Shown here one piece after another: positions 8,740 through 16,876 of a DNA stretch of 32,000 bases (position 1 is the first letter of the stretch; each line of letters begins with the position of its first letter). The DNA comes from a virus, in IMG/VR virus record IMGVR_UViG_3300015608_001846, positions 30,001 through 62,000 of that record; one strand, given 5' to 3'. Under the pieces are notes generated by a model that did no database searches, was not told the origin of the DNA, and saw only the letters and a list, made by a program, of their open reading frames with translations. The translations under genes were made by a program, and so were the position numbers.

Positions 8740-9050
8740 TTCTGCTCGGGTTCAGCCGGCTGCGTCGGCGTCTCGATCGCAGCCTTCGTCTGGAAATGCG
8801 CGTCGGTGAACTTTCGACCAAAGTACAACGACAATACCGGGATGAAATATGCGCTGCAGGCAGCAACGTCAAACGGCCTGATCTCCAGCGGACCAATCTT
8901 TGAGACAATGCTCAGCACGTACGCAAGCGTTGTGACAAAGAACGCAATCGTCGCAAAGGTGACCGTGACAGACCCGTTCCCCTTGGTGTCTCGGATCCAC
9001 AGCCACGAATCTGGCACCTGCTCAAGGGATTCTTCTTTTTCGTTTGCCAC
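8736..9050 (-). CDS. small two-TM membrane protein
   Basis: 104 aa. The start is GTG 9050 with AAAGGTG about 8 nt upstream; there is no in-frame ATG. Hydrophobic spans are VTVTFATIAFFVTTLAYVLSIV and AACSAYFIPVLSLYF. Confidence 0.6.
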   Translation of the reverse strand: MANEKEESLEQVPDSWLWIRDTKGNGSVTVTFATIAFFVTTLAYVLSIVSKIGPLEIRPFDVAACSAYFIPVLSLYFGRKFTDAHFQTKAAIETPTQPAEPEQK

Positions 9051-9098
9051 AATTACACCTTTTCACGTCAACGAACAAACGTAAATAGGCGACCGGCA

Positions 9099-9635
9099 TC
9101 ACTTTGTCGCTTGGTTCACACCGTATGTCACAACGACTGTCAACAGCACGCCGAGGATAAGACCACCGCTGACCCCTAGACCCACCCAAAGAGGCGTGTT
9201 AGGACGATCGTCTTCGGTTTTCTTTAGCCGGCCGTTGAGCGTATCGATCATCCGTTGCTTCTCATCGAGCTGGGCCTGAGCGACCTTGACATCAGCCTTG
9301 GCACGTGATTCGACCTCAGAGACCTTGAATTCACACTTTGCGCTCTCTTCAGAAGCGACGCGAGCTGTTTCTAGCTTCAAACGAGCATCGAATGAATCAA
9401 TCTCAGCCAACAACGTTGCCAAAGCCAACGGCGACAGCAACACACCGGTGAACGGCGCAATCTGCAACTTGTGCATCGGAGACGCTGCAGCACCGACGTC
9501 CTTCTCTCCGTAGACCCGGTCGGGTGCTGGTGGGATTGCCACCGTCACCGGACTAGGATCTGCTGTCGCTGTCGCTGACACAGCCAGGATCGAACAGACC
9601 AGCAACAACGAGATGAACTTTTTGATGAATGACAT
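9099..9635 (-). CDS. exported coiled-coil protein with C-terminal membrane anchor
   Basis: 178 aa from ATG 9635 (GGAG 6 nt upstream; track start GTG 9653). The N-terminus MSFIKKFISLLLVCSILAVSATATA looks like a signal peptide. The middle is helical and the C-terminus has a TM span, LWVGLGVSGGLILGVLLTVVVTY. Confidence 0.6.
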   Translation of the reverse strand: MSFIKKFISLLLVCSILAVSATATADPSPVTVAIPPAPDRVYGEKDVGAAASPMHKLQIAPFTGVLLSPLALATLLAEIDSFDARLKLETARVASEESAKCEFKVSEVESRAKADVKVAQAQLDEKQRMIDTLNGRLKKTEDDRPNTPLWVGLGVSGGLILGVLLTVVVTYGVNQATK

Positions 9636-9649
9636 ACGCTGCTCCGAAA

Positions 9650-10042
9650 TCACAGAGGCGGGATAACACGGAAACCTGTCTTCTTGCTGAGCTCTTCAGC
9701 CAGGCCTTCGGGATCATCCTTATACTCATTGAACACACGCTTGATCTCAGCCTTCTTTTTCTCGTCAAGGACCTGCTTGTCAGCCTCGTATTGCTTCTGG
9801 ATCGCATCCATCGTCGCTTGCAACCGCTTCTGGTTGGCTTCGTGCTCGAGACGCTCCTGCTCACGCGCAGCCTGGATCTGCTTTAGTTCCTCGTCATGTG
9901 ATTCCTGGATCTTCTTCAGATCGTCAGCAAACGATGTCTTCTTCTTGTAGAAGAAAAGACCCGCTGCGATCGCTCCCAAGGCGACAACAAAAACACCCCA
10001 GTACTTCTTGAGAAATGCCCACAGGCCCTTGAGAAACAGCAT
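9650..10042 (-). CDS. N-terminally anchored coiled-coil membrane protein
   Basis: 130 aa, ATG 10042. A TM span GVFVVALGAIAAGLFFY is followed by a Lys/Glu/Gln-rich helical region. Confidence 0.6.
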   Translation of the reverse strand: MLFLKGLWAFLKKYWGVFVVALGAIAAGLFFYKKKTSFADDLKKIQESHDEELKQIQAAREQERLEHEANQKRLQATMDAIQKQYEADKQVLDEKKKAEIKRVFNEYKDDPEGLAEELSKKTGFRVIPPL

Positions 10043-10043
10043 G

Positions 10044-10298
10044 TCAATTCGGCTTGTCTTTAGGGCTTGAGGGTTCAGTGGGCAAGGGTTTGATAACGAT
10101 ACCTGAACGAGCAGCTAACTCAGCGATGAGTTGTTGTTGGTATCGTTGTTCACGTATCACTTGGATCAATGTTTGAGTCAGGTCGGCTACGTCAATCGAC
10201 AATCCTTCGATCGAGCTGACCATCGATCGAGCCACGGTTGACACGTTGACCAACTTCAACAGCATCTGATCAAACAGGTTCATTTTTTTCTTCGTCAT
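10044..10298 (-). CDS. hypothetical protein
   Basis: 84 aa, ATG 10298 (second ATG at 10283). No family recognised. Confidence 0.5.
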   Translation of the reverse strand: MTKKKMNLFDQMLLKLVNVSTVARSMVSSIEGLSIDVADLTQTLIQVIREQRYQQQLIAELAARSGIVIKPLPTEPSSPKDKPN

Positions 10299-10605
10299 CT
10301 TGTTTCTCGTTGATCAGATCATATAAAGCATCGTGATCGAGTTCACCAACACGTTTTTCGTACAAGCGCACCTTGCGTATGCCATCAATCTGGTCGCGCA
10401 CCTTGCGTAGGACCAAATTTTCAACGATCCTATTCGCTCGAGCATCATCAGTGACGAGCAGCTTGACAAATTCTTCCATGACCTGCTGCATCGACAGGTT
10501 GTGCGTAAACAACCTCGCACGGAATGCGCTGTGCACCTCCTTGTCCATGGTGACATGGATGCACTTTCGGTTTTGAAAGAGATCAGTCCTAACTGCTTTT
10601 TTCAT
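10270..10605 (-). CDS. hypothetical protein, possible ribbon-helix-helix DNA-binding fold
   Basis: 111 aa, with an ATGA overlap with the upstream ORF. IHVTMDKEVHSAFRARLFTHNLSMQQVMEEFVKLL has the strand-helix-helix look of Arc/CopG-type repressors. This is weak evidence. Confidence 0.45.
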   Translation of the reverse strand: MKKAVRTDLFQNRKCIHVTMDKEVHSAFRARLFTHNLSMQQVMEEFVKLLVTDDARANRIVENLVLRKVRDQIDGIRKVRLYEKRVGELDHDALYDLINEKQDDEEKNEPV

Positions 10606-11144
10606 ACTGCGGCACCGCTGGCGCCGCCCTCACCCGCGCGGTCTGCAGCGGGAGCTGGAAACTCTTCAGCGGCGACGTCTTCTTTGCTCTTGCCGATCTC
10701 TAGGCCGTGTGCCTGTCGCAGCACGTCGACAAATGCATCGACCACGTCAGGCTGGTACGACTTTGCCAAAAAGTTCTTGGCTCGGCGCATCAAGGTGTTC
10801 TTGATCTCGAGAAGGCTATCATAATTCTCGATCAACCTGACAACACCATTAACGAACGATTCCATGTCGATGGCGTCGGCAGCGAGCTTACCAGGTTCAG
10901 CAACGTCTTCTGCTTTATCCTCAGCGTCTGCTTCGTTGACGAGACGACGCGTCATCTGTCGAAAATCAAATCCTTCGTTCTTTGACGACTTTGCCTCGTT
11001 CTCAAAGTCAGCAAGGTATCGATCGACCTGTGAATCGAGCGAATCTTCTTCTTCGGGTGCTGGCTCAGTCGCATCAGCCTCGTGGACAAAGGCTTCAGCG
11101 ATCATTCTCCTCAGCTCTCCCAATGTGATCTTTGTCATCTTCAC
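10602..11144 (-). CDS. acidic hypothetical protein
   Basis: 180 aa from GTG 11144 (GTGA overlap), or ATG 11138. Acidic and Ala-rich. No family recognised. Confidence 0.6.
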   Translation of the reverse strand: MKMTKITLGELRRMIAEAFVHEADATEPAPEEEDSLDSQVDRYLADFENEAKSSKNEGFDFRQMTRRLVNEADAEDKAEDVAEPGKLAADAIDMESFVNGVVRLIENYDSLLEIKNTLMRRAKNFLAKSYQPDVVDAFVDVLRQAHGLEIGKSKEDVAAEEFPAPAADRAGEGGASGAAV

Positions 11145-11863
11145 TTGAGCACCTCATTGATCGATTCTGTGCGATTGAACCGCTCTTCGATCGTTGTCCA
11201 ATTGAACTCTCGCATTTGCGCGATGAGGTAACTCTTTTTGTCGCTCAGATAGTCACGGTAGTAAGCATGTTCATGCATGTCAACAACAATGACCGGGTAG
11301 ATGCCGACCATGACATCTTGGCTGTGATTGCTGACAAACGTGTTGACATACCTTTTCAGGAACATGTGGTAACCACATATGGCCCAGCCTTGTCCCGCAG
11401 ACAACGCACAAGCGATGAAATCCTTCTGAAAATCATCGAAGGTGCCGAAGTCACGCTCCAAGCGCAAGTATGCCATAGAATCCATGGTGATTTCACTGTG
11501 TGGGTCGAAGCAGTTGGCAAAGTACAGCTCATGCAGCCACACCGAGTTGATGTTGTACGTCTCATCGAGCTTCAGCGAACGAAAGTCGCTGTGCTGTGAA
11601 CTAGCATCCTGCCTCGAGGCCGAATCGAGCTGCGCAGAGACGTTATTCAGTGTTTGAACGTAACCCGTATAAAGCGTTCGGTGAGCGTCCTTGGTCTTTT
11701 GGCTAACCAGTTCAGACACCTGGCGATATGGCTTGGGCTCTGCAACGTAGGCTTCATTTAACCCGTCGTTGGGAAACAGGTCGGCTGGCAGCTTGACACT
11801 GTCACGTAGGATCTGATCGATGTCGATGGCCTTCAGCGAGTCAGCAAGCGGTTTCTTGTTCAT
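11141..11863 (-). CDS. Fe/Mn superoxide dismutase-like protein
   Basis: 240 aa from ATG 11863 (AAGGA 6 nt upstream; the track extends to 11938, overlapping the upstream ORF). SOD-family blocks: AHRTLYTGYVQTLNN (cf. H..KHH..YV..LN), SVWLHELYF (cf. WNH..FW), GQGWAICGY (cf. GSGW.WL) and VVDMHEHAYYRDY (cf. D.WEHAYY). The Asp and both C-terminal His ligands are present. Confidence 0.6.
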   Translation of the reverse strand: MNKKPLADSLKAIDIDQILRDSVKLPADLFPNDGLNEAYVAEPKPYRQVSELVSQKTKDAHRTLYTGYVQTLNNVSAQLDSASRQDASSQHSDFRSLKLDETYNINSVWLHELYFANCFDPHSEITMDSMAYLRLERDFGTFDDFQKDFIACALSAGQGWAICGYHMFLKRYVNTFVSNHSQDVMVGIYPVIVVDMHEHAYYRDYLSDKKSYLIAQMREFNWTTIEERFNRTESINEVLK

Positions 11864-11882
11864 CGTGCATCCTTTTACGACG

Positions 11883-12158
11883 TCAGTCGACTTCGTAGTC
11901 CTTCTCAAACTCTGCAGCGTCGACGAGGAACTGTTCACCTTCAGGTGTCTTCAGGATGACGTCGCGAGGCGAAACGCTGACGACAGTGTACCGGATTTGG
12001 CTGCGCTTGTGCCTGACCTTGAAATCTGGTGCGATGATTGGCTCATCCGTTACAGGTGAATCAAGCTTGACCTCCAAAGCCTCGCTGAGGCGTCTAACGC
12101 GAGCATCCCACTCTTCGCGCATCACTCGGATGACGTCTTGTTCTTCGAGCCTCTTCAT
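11883..12158 (-). CDS. hypothetical protein
   Basis: 91 aa, ATG 12158. No family recognised. Confidence 0.55.
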   Translation of the reverse strand: MKRLEEQDVIRVMREEWDARVRRLSEALEVKLDSPVTDEPIIAPDFKVRHKRSQIRYTVVSVSPRDVILKTPEGEQFLVDAAEFEKDYEVD

Positions 12159-12207
12159 CTGCTGCTCACTAAGTATCTCTTCATCGACGACCTTGGGCTG
12201 TTCACCT

Positions 12208-12729
12208 TCAACCCTCCCAACTGGTGTAGAACCCTAGGGCCTCAGGGAGGCTCAACACCTCGACTCCGGCAGCACGTAATAGGTCACACCCCGACATGTC
12301 ACGATATGGACGATCGTAGACGACTCGAGTTAGTTGGGCGTTGATGCACAGCTTCGCACACAACCGGCAAGGCGCGTCAGTGACGTACATGTGTTTTTTC
12401 TTCCAAAAGTTGAAGTCGAGCTTCACCAGAGCGTTCTGTTCGGCGTGGATGAAACCTGACAGCCCGGGTTCGAGCGATTCAGGTTCATTGGGACCACCGC
12501 AATAGTTTCCATTGTATCCTACTGACAACACCTGTGTGTTGTCAGCAGAAACGACGATGGCTCCCACTTTCAACCGAGGATCGTACGATCGTTCGGCAAT
12601 GGTACGAGCGACGATCATCCATGTCTCGGGCCACGGTGGTCGTTCATAGTGACCACACCTGTCGCAGCGGCCATCGACAAACGTGTGATTCTGTCCAGTG
12701 ACGCACCAAGGCGCGCACCCGTAGCTCAT
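12208..12729 (-). CDS. dCMP deaminase (cytidine/deoxycytidylate deaminase family)
   Basis: 173 aa. WMIVARTIAERSYDPRLKVGAIVV, SVGYNG, zinc motifs HAEQNAL and PCRLCAKLC, and RVVY. There is an extra N-terminal Cys cluster (CAPWC...CDRCGH). Confidence 0.9.
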   Translation of the reverse strand: MSYGCAPWCVTGQNHTFVDGRCDRCGHYERPPWPETWMIVARTIAERSYDPRLKVGAIVVSADNTQVLSVGYNGNYCGGPNEPESLEPGLSGFIHAEQNALVKLDFNFWKKKHMYVTDAPCRLCAKLCINAQLTRVVYDRPYRDMSGCDLLRAAGVEVLSLPEALGFYTSWEG

Positions 12730-13277
12730 CAGATCCCCCTCGCTAGCTCGTGAAACCGAGCCAAGAATCGGTTCTCGGCATGCAACGGATCCCAGGGCAC
12801 GATGTTGAAGTCATAGGGTTCAAAGACGGCTGACATGCCCATCGTGCGGCCCCTGTCAATTCGCATGTCCCTAGCCTCAGTGACCGTCATACGATTGTCG
12901 ACCAATTTTACTGCGGTCGGCTCGCCTTGTGTGAGGCCGAACACGTCGCAGATCACGTTCATCAGGTGCGTCTCTGCCTCGCGGTAGAACGCAAACCCGG
13001 GATCACGCTTGACGGGTGACGGTACGTCAGTCAAGTACGCTTCTGAGGCATCGTGTAGCAGGCCCCACAACTGCAGTTCAGGCGGGCACATCATTGACAC
13101 CAACACCGAGTGCTGTGCCACCGAGTAGAACCTCATCAGGTGTCCCGCGAACCTCGCTGCGTTCGACAAGGCATGAGCGATGTCAACGATGCTGACTTCA
13201 TCCTGACGTGGGTCAAGCGGCCAGAACTTGAGTCCCGTGTACGTGGTGATGTAATCACCTCTGCGTTGCTCTTCCAT
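12729..13277 (-). CDS. HD-domain phosphohydrolase, YfbR-type 5'-deoxynucleotidase-like
   Basis: 182 aa. YSVAQHSVLVS and LLHDASEAYLTDVPSPVK closely match the E. coli YfbR block YHDASEVLTGDLPTPVK as I recall it. Confidence 0.7.
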   Translation of the reverse strand: MEEQRRGDYITTYTGLKFWPLDPRQDEVSIVDIAHALSNAARFAGHLMRFYSVAQHSVLVSMMCPPELQLWGLLHDASEAYLTDVPSPVKRDPGFAFYREAETHLMNVICDVFGLTQGEPTAVKLVDNRMTVTEARDMRIDRGRTMGMSAVFEPYDFNIVPWDPLHAENRFLARFHELARGI

Positions 13278-14412
13278 GCAATTGCTTGAATAGTAGGCTC
13301 TCTCGGCGAGCTAGTTCAAGACCAATTTCTTTGCCCACGAACCCCTCACCCACCAGGTCCTGACCTTTCACCGTCAGCTCATAGCTAGCAAATGACATCA
13401 ACATCGGGAACGATGGCAGGCCTCTGTTTCCCTGTGCATCGAACAGCTCCTCGTCAGTCACACGCAACCTGTTCTGACAACGCTTAAGTTCGAACGCTGC
13501 ATTGGTCGCATCCAGGCCTGCCAGGCCCTTGAAAAAGCACGTTCGATCGATCTCGTCAACGGTGTACTTCAAGTCGTGTAAGACCTGGCTTATCTTTTTT
13601 CGAGAATCATTAAGAATCACTGACAGGACGACAGGAACATTCGATGACTCAGGTCCAGCACTTGGCGCATGTGTGTCAGGGACGAGGCGGACATCGAGCC
13701 CCGGAAAGACCTGAGACCACATCTTGAAGCGTTCTAGAAGCGACAGATAGCAACGGCTCGACGACGAACCCGTGACGCCTTTGACAAACTCGTCATGGAT
13801 GCGTTCGGCAGCTAGTTCACTCAGGTCGTTGTCTGCTTCGATGGCACTCGCAGTCGCTGGATCGATGGAGAACCCAAAGCGAGCAGCGAACCGCAGGGCA
13901 CGCATGACACGCAATCGATCCTCACGGAAACGATCAACCGGAACGCCAACCGTTCTCACAACGTGATTCCGAAGGTCGGCCAGTCCTCCGACCAGATCTA
14001 CGACCTCATTCGTTGCAAGGTCGTAAAACAATGCATTGATCGTCAGGTCACGACGCTTGACATCTTCATCGATCGAGGTGAACGTGACATGCTCCGGTCG
14101 ACGACCCTCACCATGATCGATCCTGAAAGTCGCAATGTCGTACTCTGCGTTGGATCCAACCAACTTAACAACACCAAACGACTTACCGACAGCGGAGATC
14201 GAAAACCCATCTATGTCGTGGAGAAGTTCAATGACGTCCGTTGGGTGCAGGTTCGTCGCTAGGTCAATGTCATCGTGAGGCAAACGCATCAACGCGTCTC
14301 TGACAGCACCTCCGACGAGGTATAGCTTCGCACCTGCACGTTTGAAACGTGCAGCGATTCTATCGATGTCGCTAGATAACGAAATATCAAACCGCGTCCG
14401 TGAAGCCGACAT
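13255..14412 (-). CDS. tRNA nucleotidyltransferase (CCA-adding enzyme / poly(A) polymerase family)
   Basis: 385 aa from ATG 14412 (track start TTG 14418). Class II head-domain motifs: LYLVGGAVRDALM, DDIDLAT, ATFR, RRDLTINAL. No HD domain in this ORF. Confidence 0.85.
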   Translation of the reverse strand: MSASRTRFDISLSSDIDRIAARFKRAGAKLYLVGGAVRDALMRLPHDDIDLATNLHPTDVIELLHDIDGFSISAVGKSFGVVKLVGSNAEYDIATFRIDHGEGRRPEHVTFTSIDEDVKRRDLTINALFYDLATNEVVDLVGGLADLRNHVVRTVGVPVDRFREDRLRVMRALRFAARFGFSIDPATASAIEADNDLSELAAERIHDEFVKGVTGSSSSRCYLSLLERFKMWSQVFPGLDVRLVPDTHAPSAGPESSNVPVVLSVILNDSRKKISQVLHDLKYTVDEIDRTCFFKGLAGLDATNAAFELKRCQNRLRVTDEELFDAQGNRGLPSFPMLMSFASYELTVKGQDLVGEGFVGKEIGLELARRESLLFKQLHGRATQR

Positions 14413-14455
14413 GGACAAATGTTACCACCTTTGGGTGGCTTTTACATGTTGGTGT

Positions 14456-15034
14456 TCAGCCATCGATCCTCATCAAGGCTACTGGAGGAAAGTGCGCATG
14501 ACACCTAGGTTCATACATCTCATCGCCACCGATGCAAATCTCAGCCTGGTCATCATCGATCTGTTTCTTGTGAGTGTATCGAGCATCCTGCCCACAGACA
14601 GTGCAAACCGCAGTACACTTTTCCACGTGGGTTGCCCAAATTAGCAGCCTTTCAACCTCCTTAAAGGGCTTGCCTTGGGCAGAAACGTCTAACGTTGACA
14701 CGATGATGTCCTTGCCGCTGCGGTACAACCAGACCAAGACGTCAGCAACGTTATCGATCATGAATGCTTCATCGACTGCAACCACGTCAGGTTCACCATC
14801 GATGTTGGCTAGGGCTTCGATGATGTCAGGACCGGTACTGACAGTGATCGCGGGGACGCTCCACCCGCTGTGCGTAACGACGTCGCTGGTGCTGTAGCGC
14901 GTGTCGATCGCCGGCTTGAAGACGATCGCCTTTCGATGTTGGTGCTTGAAGCGCTCGAGATCCATCAACAACCTTGACGTTTTTGAGCTGAACATGCACC
15001 CGGTATACACCTTAAGGACTGGATTCATCTTCAT
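14456..15034 (-). CDS. tdk: thymidine kinase
   Basis: 192 aa. P-loop GCMFSSKTS, VVAVDEAFM, and the zinc-lasso Cys pairs CTAVCTVCG and ICIGGDEMYEPRC. Confidence 0.9.
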   Translation of the reverse strand: MKMNPVLKVYTGCMFSSKTSRLLMDLERFKHQHRKAIVFKPAIDTRYSTSDVVTHSGWSVPAITVSTGPDIIEALANIDGEPDVVAVDEAFMIDNVADVLVWLYRSGKDIIVSTLDVSAQGKPFKEVERLLIWATHVEKCTAVCTVCGQDARYTHKKQIDDDQAEICIGGDEMYEPRCHAHFPPVALMRIDG

Positions 15035-15067
15035 TGCCCGCTCCCGTGATTAACTATGTGTTTGCCA

Positions 15068-15631
15068 TCATGATGTAGTTTCTTCAAGCTCTAACTTCAA
15101 GATCGTGTAGGGCGGCTGCACGCCGGCACTAAAGTGAGATGCAGCATCGAGTGCCATCCTGATCCGTTCGAACGGGTCAAGGCACGTGTGTGTTGAATGC
15201 AACGAACCCAAAGCATAGCTCATCCCGCAGCCGATGGCTGCGTAGCCGTCCTTGTGTCGAGCGACCTGAAAATCTTCCTCAATGACAAAAAGCTCACCCC
15301 TATAGCCGAGCAAGAAACTGCCGCCTGATTCTTGCTCGTTTTCCTTCGTCAGGTAGCCTTTTTCATGGAAAAGGCCACGGACAGCATCGACGAAATCAGT
15401 CACCAGGTACGCCATCGAGTCTTTTCTCGATGGATGGTCAGGAACAGTCAACGCATAACGTAACAGCTGACCCATCCGGAACGACGAGGTGAAGCCCATC
15501 ATCATCTCATCGTTCATGAAGACCTTTTCGTCCAAACGAGACACGACATCAAGCGTGTCTGTGTCAATGGCGGCCGAGTCACCACCCATGTAAACGATGC
15601 CTTCGTGAACAAGACCGACGATGCAAGTCAC
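15068..15631 (-). CDS. proteasome-beta/HslV-like Ntn hydrolase, copy B
   Basis: 187 aa. The start is GTG 15631, 3 nt after the upstream stop. The N-terminus is M-TCIVGLV (Thr directly after the initiator). GGDSA gives Asp17 and DEKVF gives the Lys. Paralogous to copy A. Confidence 0.7.
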   Translation of the reverse strand: MTCIVGLVHEGIVYMGGDSAAIDTDTLDVVSRLDEKVFMNDEMMMGFTSSFRMGQLLRYALTVPDHPSRKDSMAYLVTDFVDAVRGLFHEKGYLTKENEQESGGSFLLGYRGELFVIEEDFQVARHKDGYAAIGCGMSYALGSLHSTHTCLDPFERIRMALDAASHFSAGVQPPYTILKLELEETTS

Positions 15632-15634
15632 AGG

Positions 15635-16177
15635 TCACTTTCCCTTCTTGACGCTGACGACACTGTAAGGAGGTCTGACTGTCGCATTGTTGCGGGTCGA
15701 TGCCTCGAGAGCATTGAAGAGGCGCTTCTTGGGATCACGTAAGGTTTCATTAGAATGCATGGCACCCAACGCAATGTCCGCGCCCGATCCAACGGCAGCA
15801 AACCTGTCAGAGGACGTAATGACCTGAAAGTTTCCCTGGATCCTGTACAATCCGCCGTTATAGCCCACGAGCACCTCACCAGAGAACTGGTCGCCTTCGA
15901 CACAACCACCGGCATCGAGAGCTGTCTTGAAGGCGTCAGCAAACGTTGACCCGATGAAACCACGGTCGTCAACGTCTTTCGGACGTTGTGGCAGCTCGAG
16001 TCGATACTTGATTGCGTCCATTACTTTTGGTGAACCACAGACGCCAAAGATGAACGACCCGACCTTAAAGACCTTCTTGTCACCGATGATGGTCTGCGCT
16101 CCAGAGCCTGACGTAGCTGCGCTGTCGCCTGCTAACCAAACAACGTTCCGATCAACCAATCCTACAATGCACGTCAT
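15635..16177 (-). CDS. proteasome-beta/HslV-like Ntn hydrolase, copy A
   Basis: 180 aa from ATG 16177 (GGAGG 5 nt upstream; track start TTG 16189). The N-terminus is M-TCIVGLV. AGDSA gives Asp17 and DKKVF gives Lys33. Other blocks: AAVGSG, ALGAMHS. Confidence 0.7.
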   Translation of the reverse strand: MTCIVGLVDRNVVWLAGDSAATSGSGAQTIIGDKKVFKVGSFIFGVCGSPKVMDAIKYRLELPQRPKDVDDRGFIGSTFADAFKTALDAGGCVEGDQFSGEVLVGYNGGLYRIQGNFQVITSSDRFAAVGSGADIALGAMHSNETLRDPKKRLFNALEASTRNNATVRPPYSVVSVKKGK

Positions 16178-16192
16178 CTGAACCTCCAAACT

Positions 16193-16852
16193 TCAATCTA
16201 CTAGGTGAAAGTGCCGTTCGTACAAGTGCAAGGATCCGGCGTGCCACAACATGTCTCCCAACGGGACCCCTAGCTCGTTGCCGAGCTGCTGGTGAACGTG
16301 GTCCTGCCACGCTTTGTCGTTTTTATAGCCAAAGACGACGTCGTTCGATCGCATCCTGACGCATGCGATCAGCTTGTCGTCACGGATGAAGTACTGTGCA
16401 GAGTCGGTGCAGATGAAGTCGCTCATGCCATCAACGTTGTAGTCACGCCAGATCGAAGGTCGAGTGTAGATCATCTCCGCACGTCGACTAGTCGGGTTGG
16501 CTCTTAACTCGTCGCGGACGTGCTCGTACTGCTTGCCGTTGGCCTCGCTCCAGATCAAGTAACCGTAGTTGGAATTGATGTTCCCTGCATGCGAAGAGCA
16601 CGCTCTCCACGCTGCGGGAGCTCCGCCCGGGATGTCATTGATGTTGAGTGATTGTGACTTGTACCACTCGATCTCTCGAGAGACATAGTCCTCGTTGACA
16701 GTGCCGAAGATCGAACGCTCGTCAGCGACGAACGTCGCTCCGATGATCTCGATCACCTTGCAACCCGTCTTGTCCTGGACAAATTCGCCGCGCGCTTTCA
16801 ATTCACCGAACTGCGCCCGGAGCTGAGCAACGTTCTGCATATGATAGATCAT
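16193..16852 (-). CDS. dCMP hydroxymethylase (thymidylate-synthase fold, T4 gene 42 type)
   Basis: 219 aa. Full-length resemblance to T4 gp42 as I recall it: DKTGCKVIEIIGATFVADE, EWYKSQSL, INSNYG, SRRAEMIYTRPS, DGMSDFICT (Cys148), MRSNDVVFGYKND (Asp179, where TS has the dUMP-selecting Asn) and GSLHLYERHFHLVD. Confidence 0.8.
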   Translation of the reverse strand: MIYHMQNVAQLRAQFGELKARGEFVQDKTGCKVIEIIGATFVADERSIFGTVNEDYVSREIEWYKSQSLNINDIPGGAPAAWRACSSHAGNINSNYGYLIWSEANGKQYEHVRDELRANPTSRRAEMIYTRPSIWRDYNVDGMSDFICTDSAQYFIRDDKLIACVRMRSNDVVFGYKNDKAWQDHVHQQLGNELGVPLGDMLWHAGSLHLYERHFHLVD

Positions 16853-16876
16853 CTTGTTTTTTCTCTCTTTTCTGTG

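Noticed and set aside
9560-9635. A lipoprotein signal (lipobox) at LLVC in the exported coiled-coil protein, which would support an o-spanin call.
   Set aside because: Leu-Leu-Val-Cys does not fit the L-[AS]-[GA]-C consensus. A signal-peptidase-I type site after ATATA looks more likely.
15628-15972. Same-strand alternative-frame ORFs, for example 15628..15972, 21495..21815, 5055..5381, 2198..2548 and 26002..26358.
   Set aside because: They lie completely inside better-supported ORFs with family motifs. Their translations are Arg/Ser/Pro-rich, which is typical of off-frame reading.
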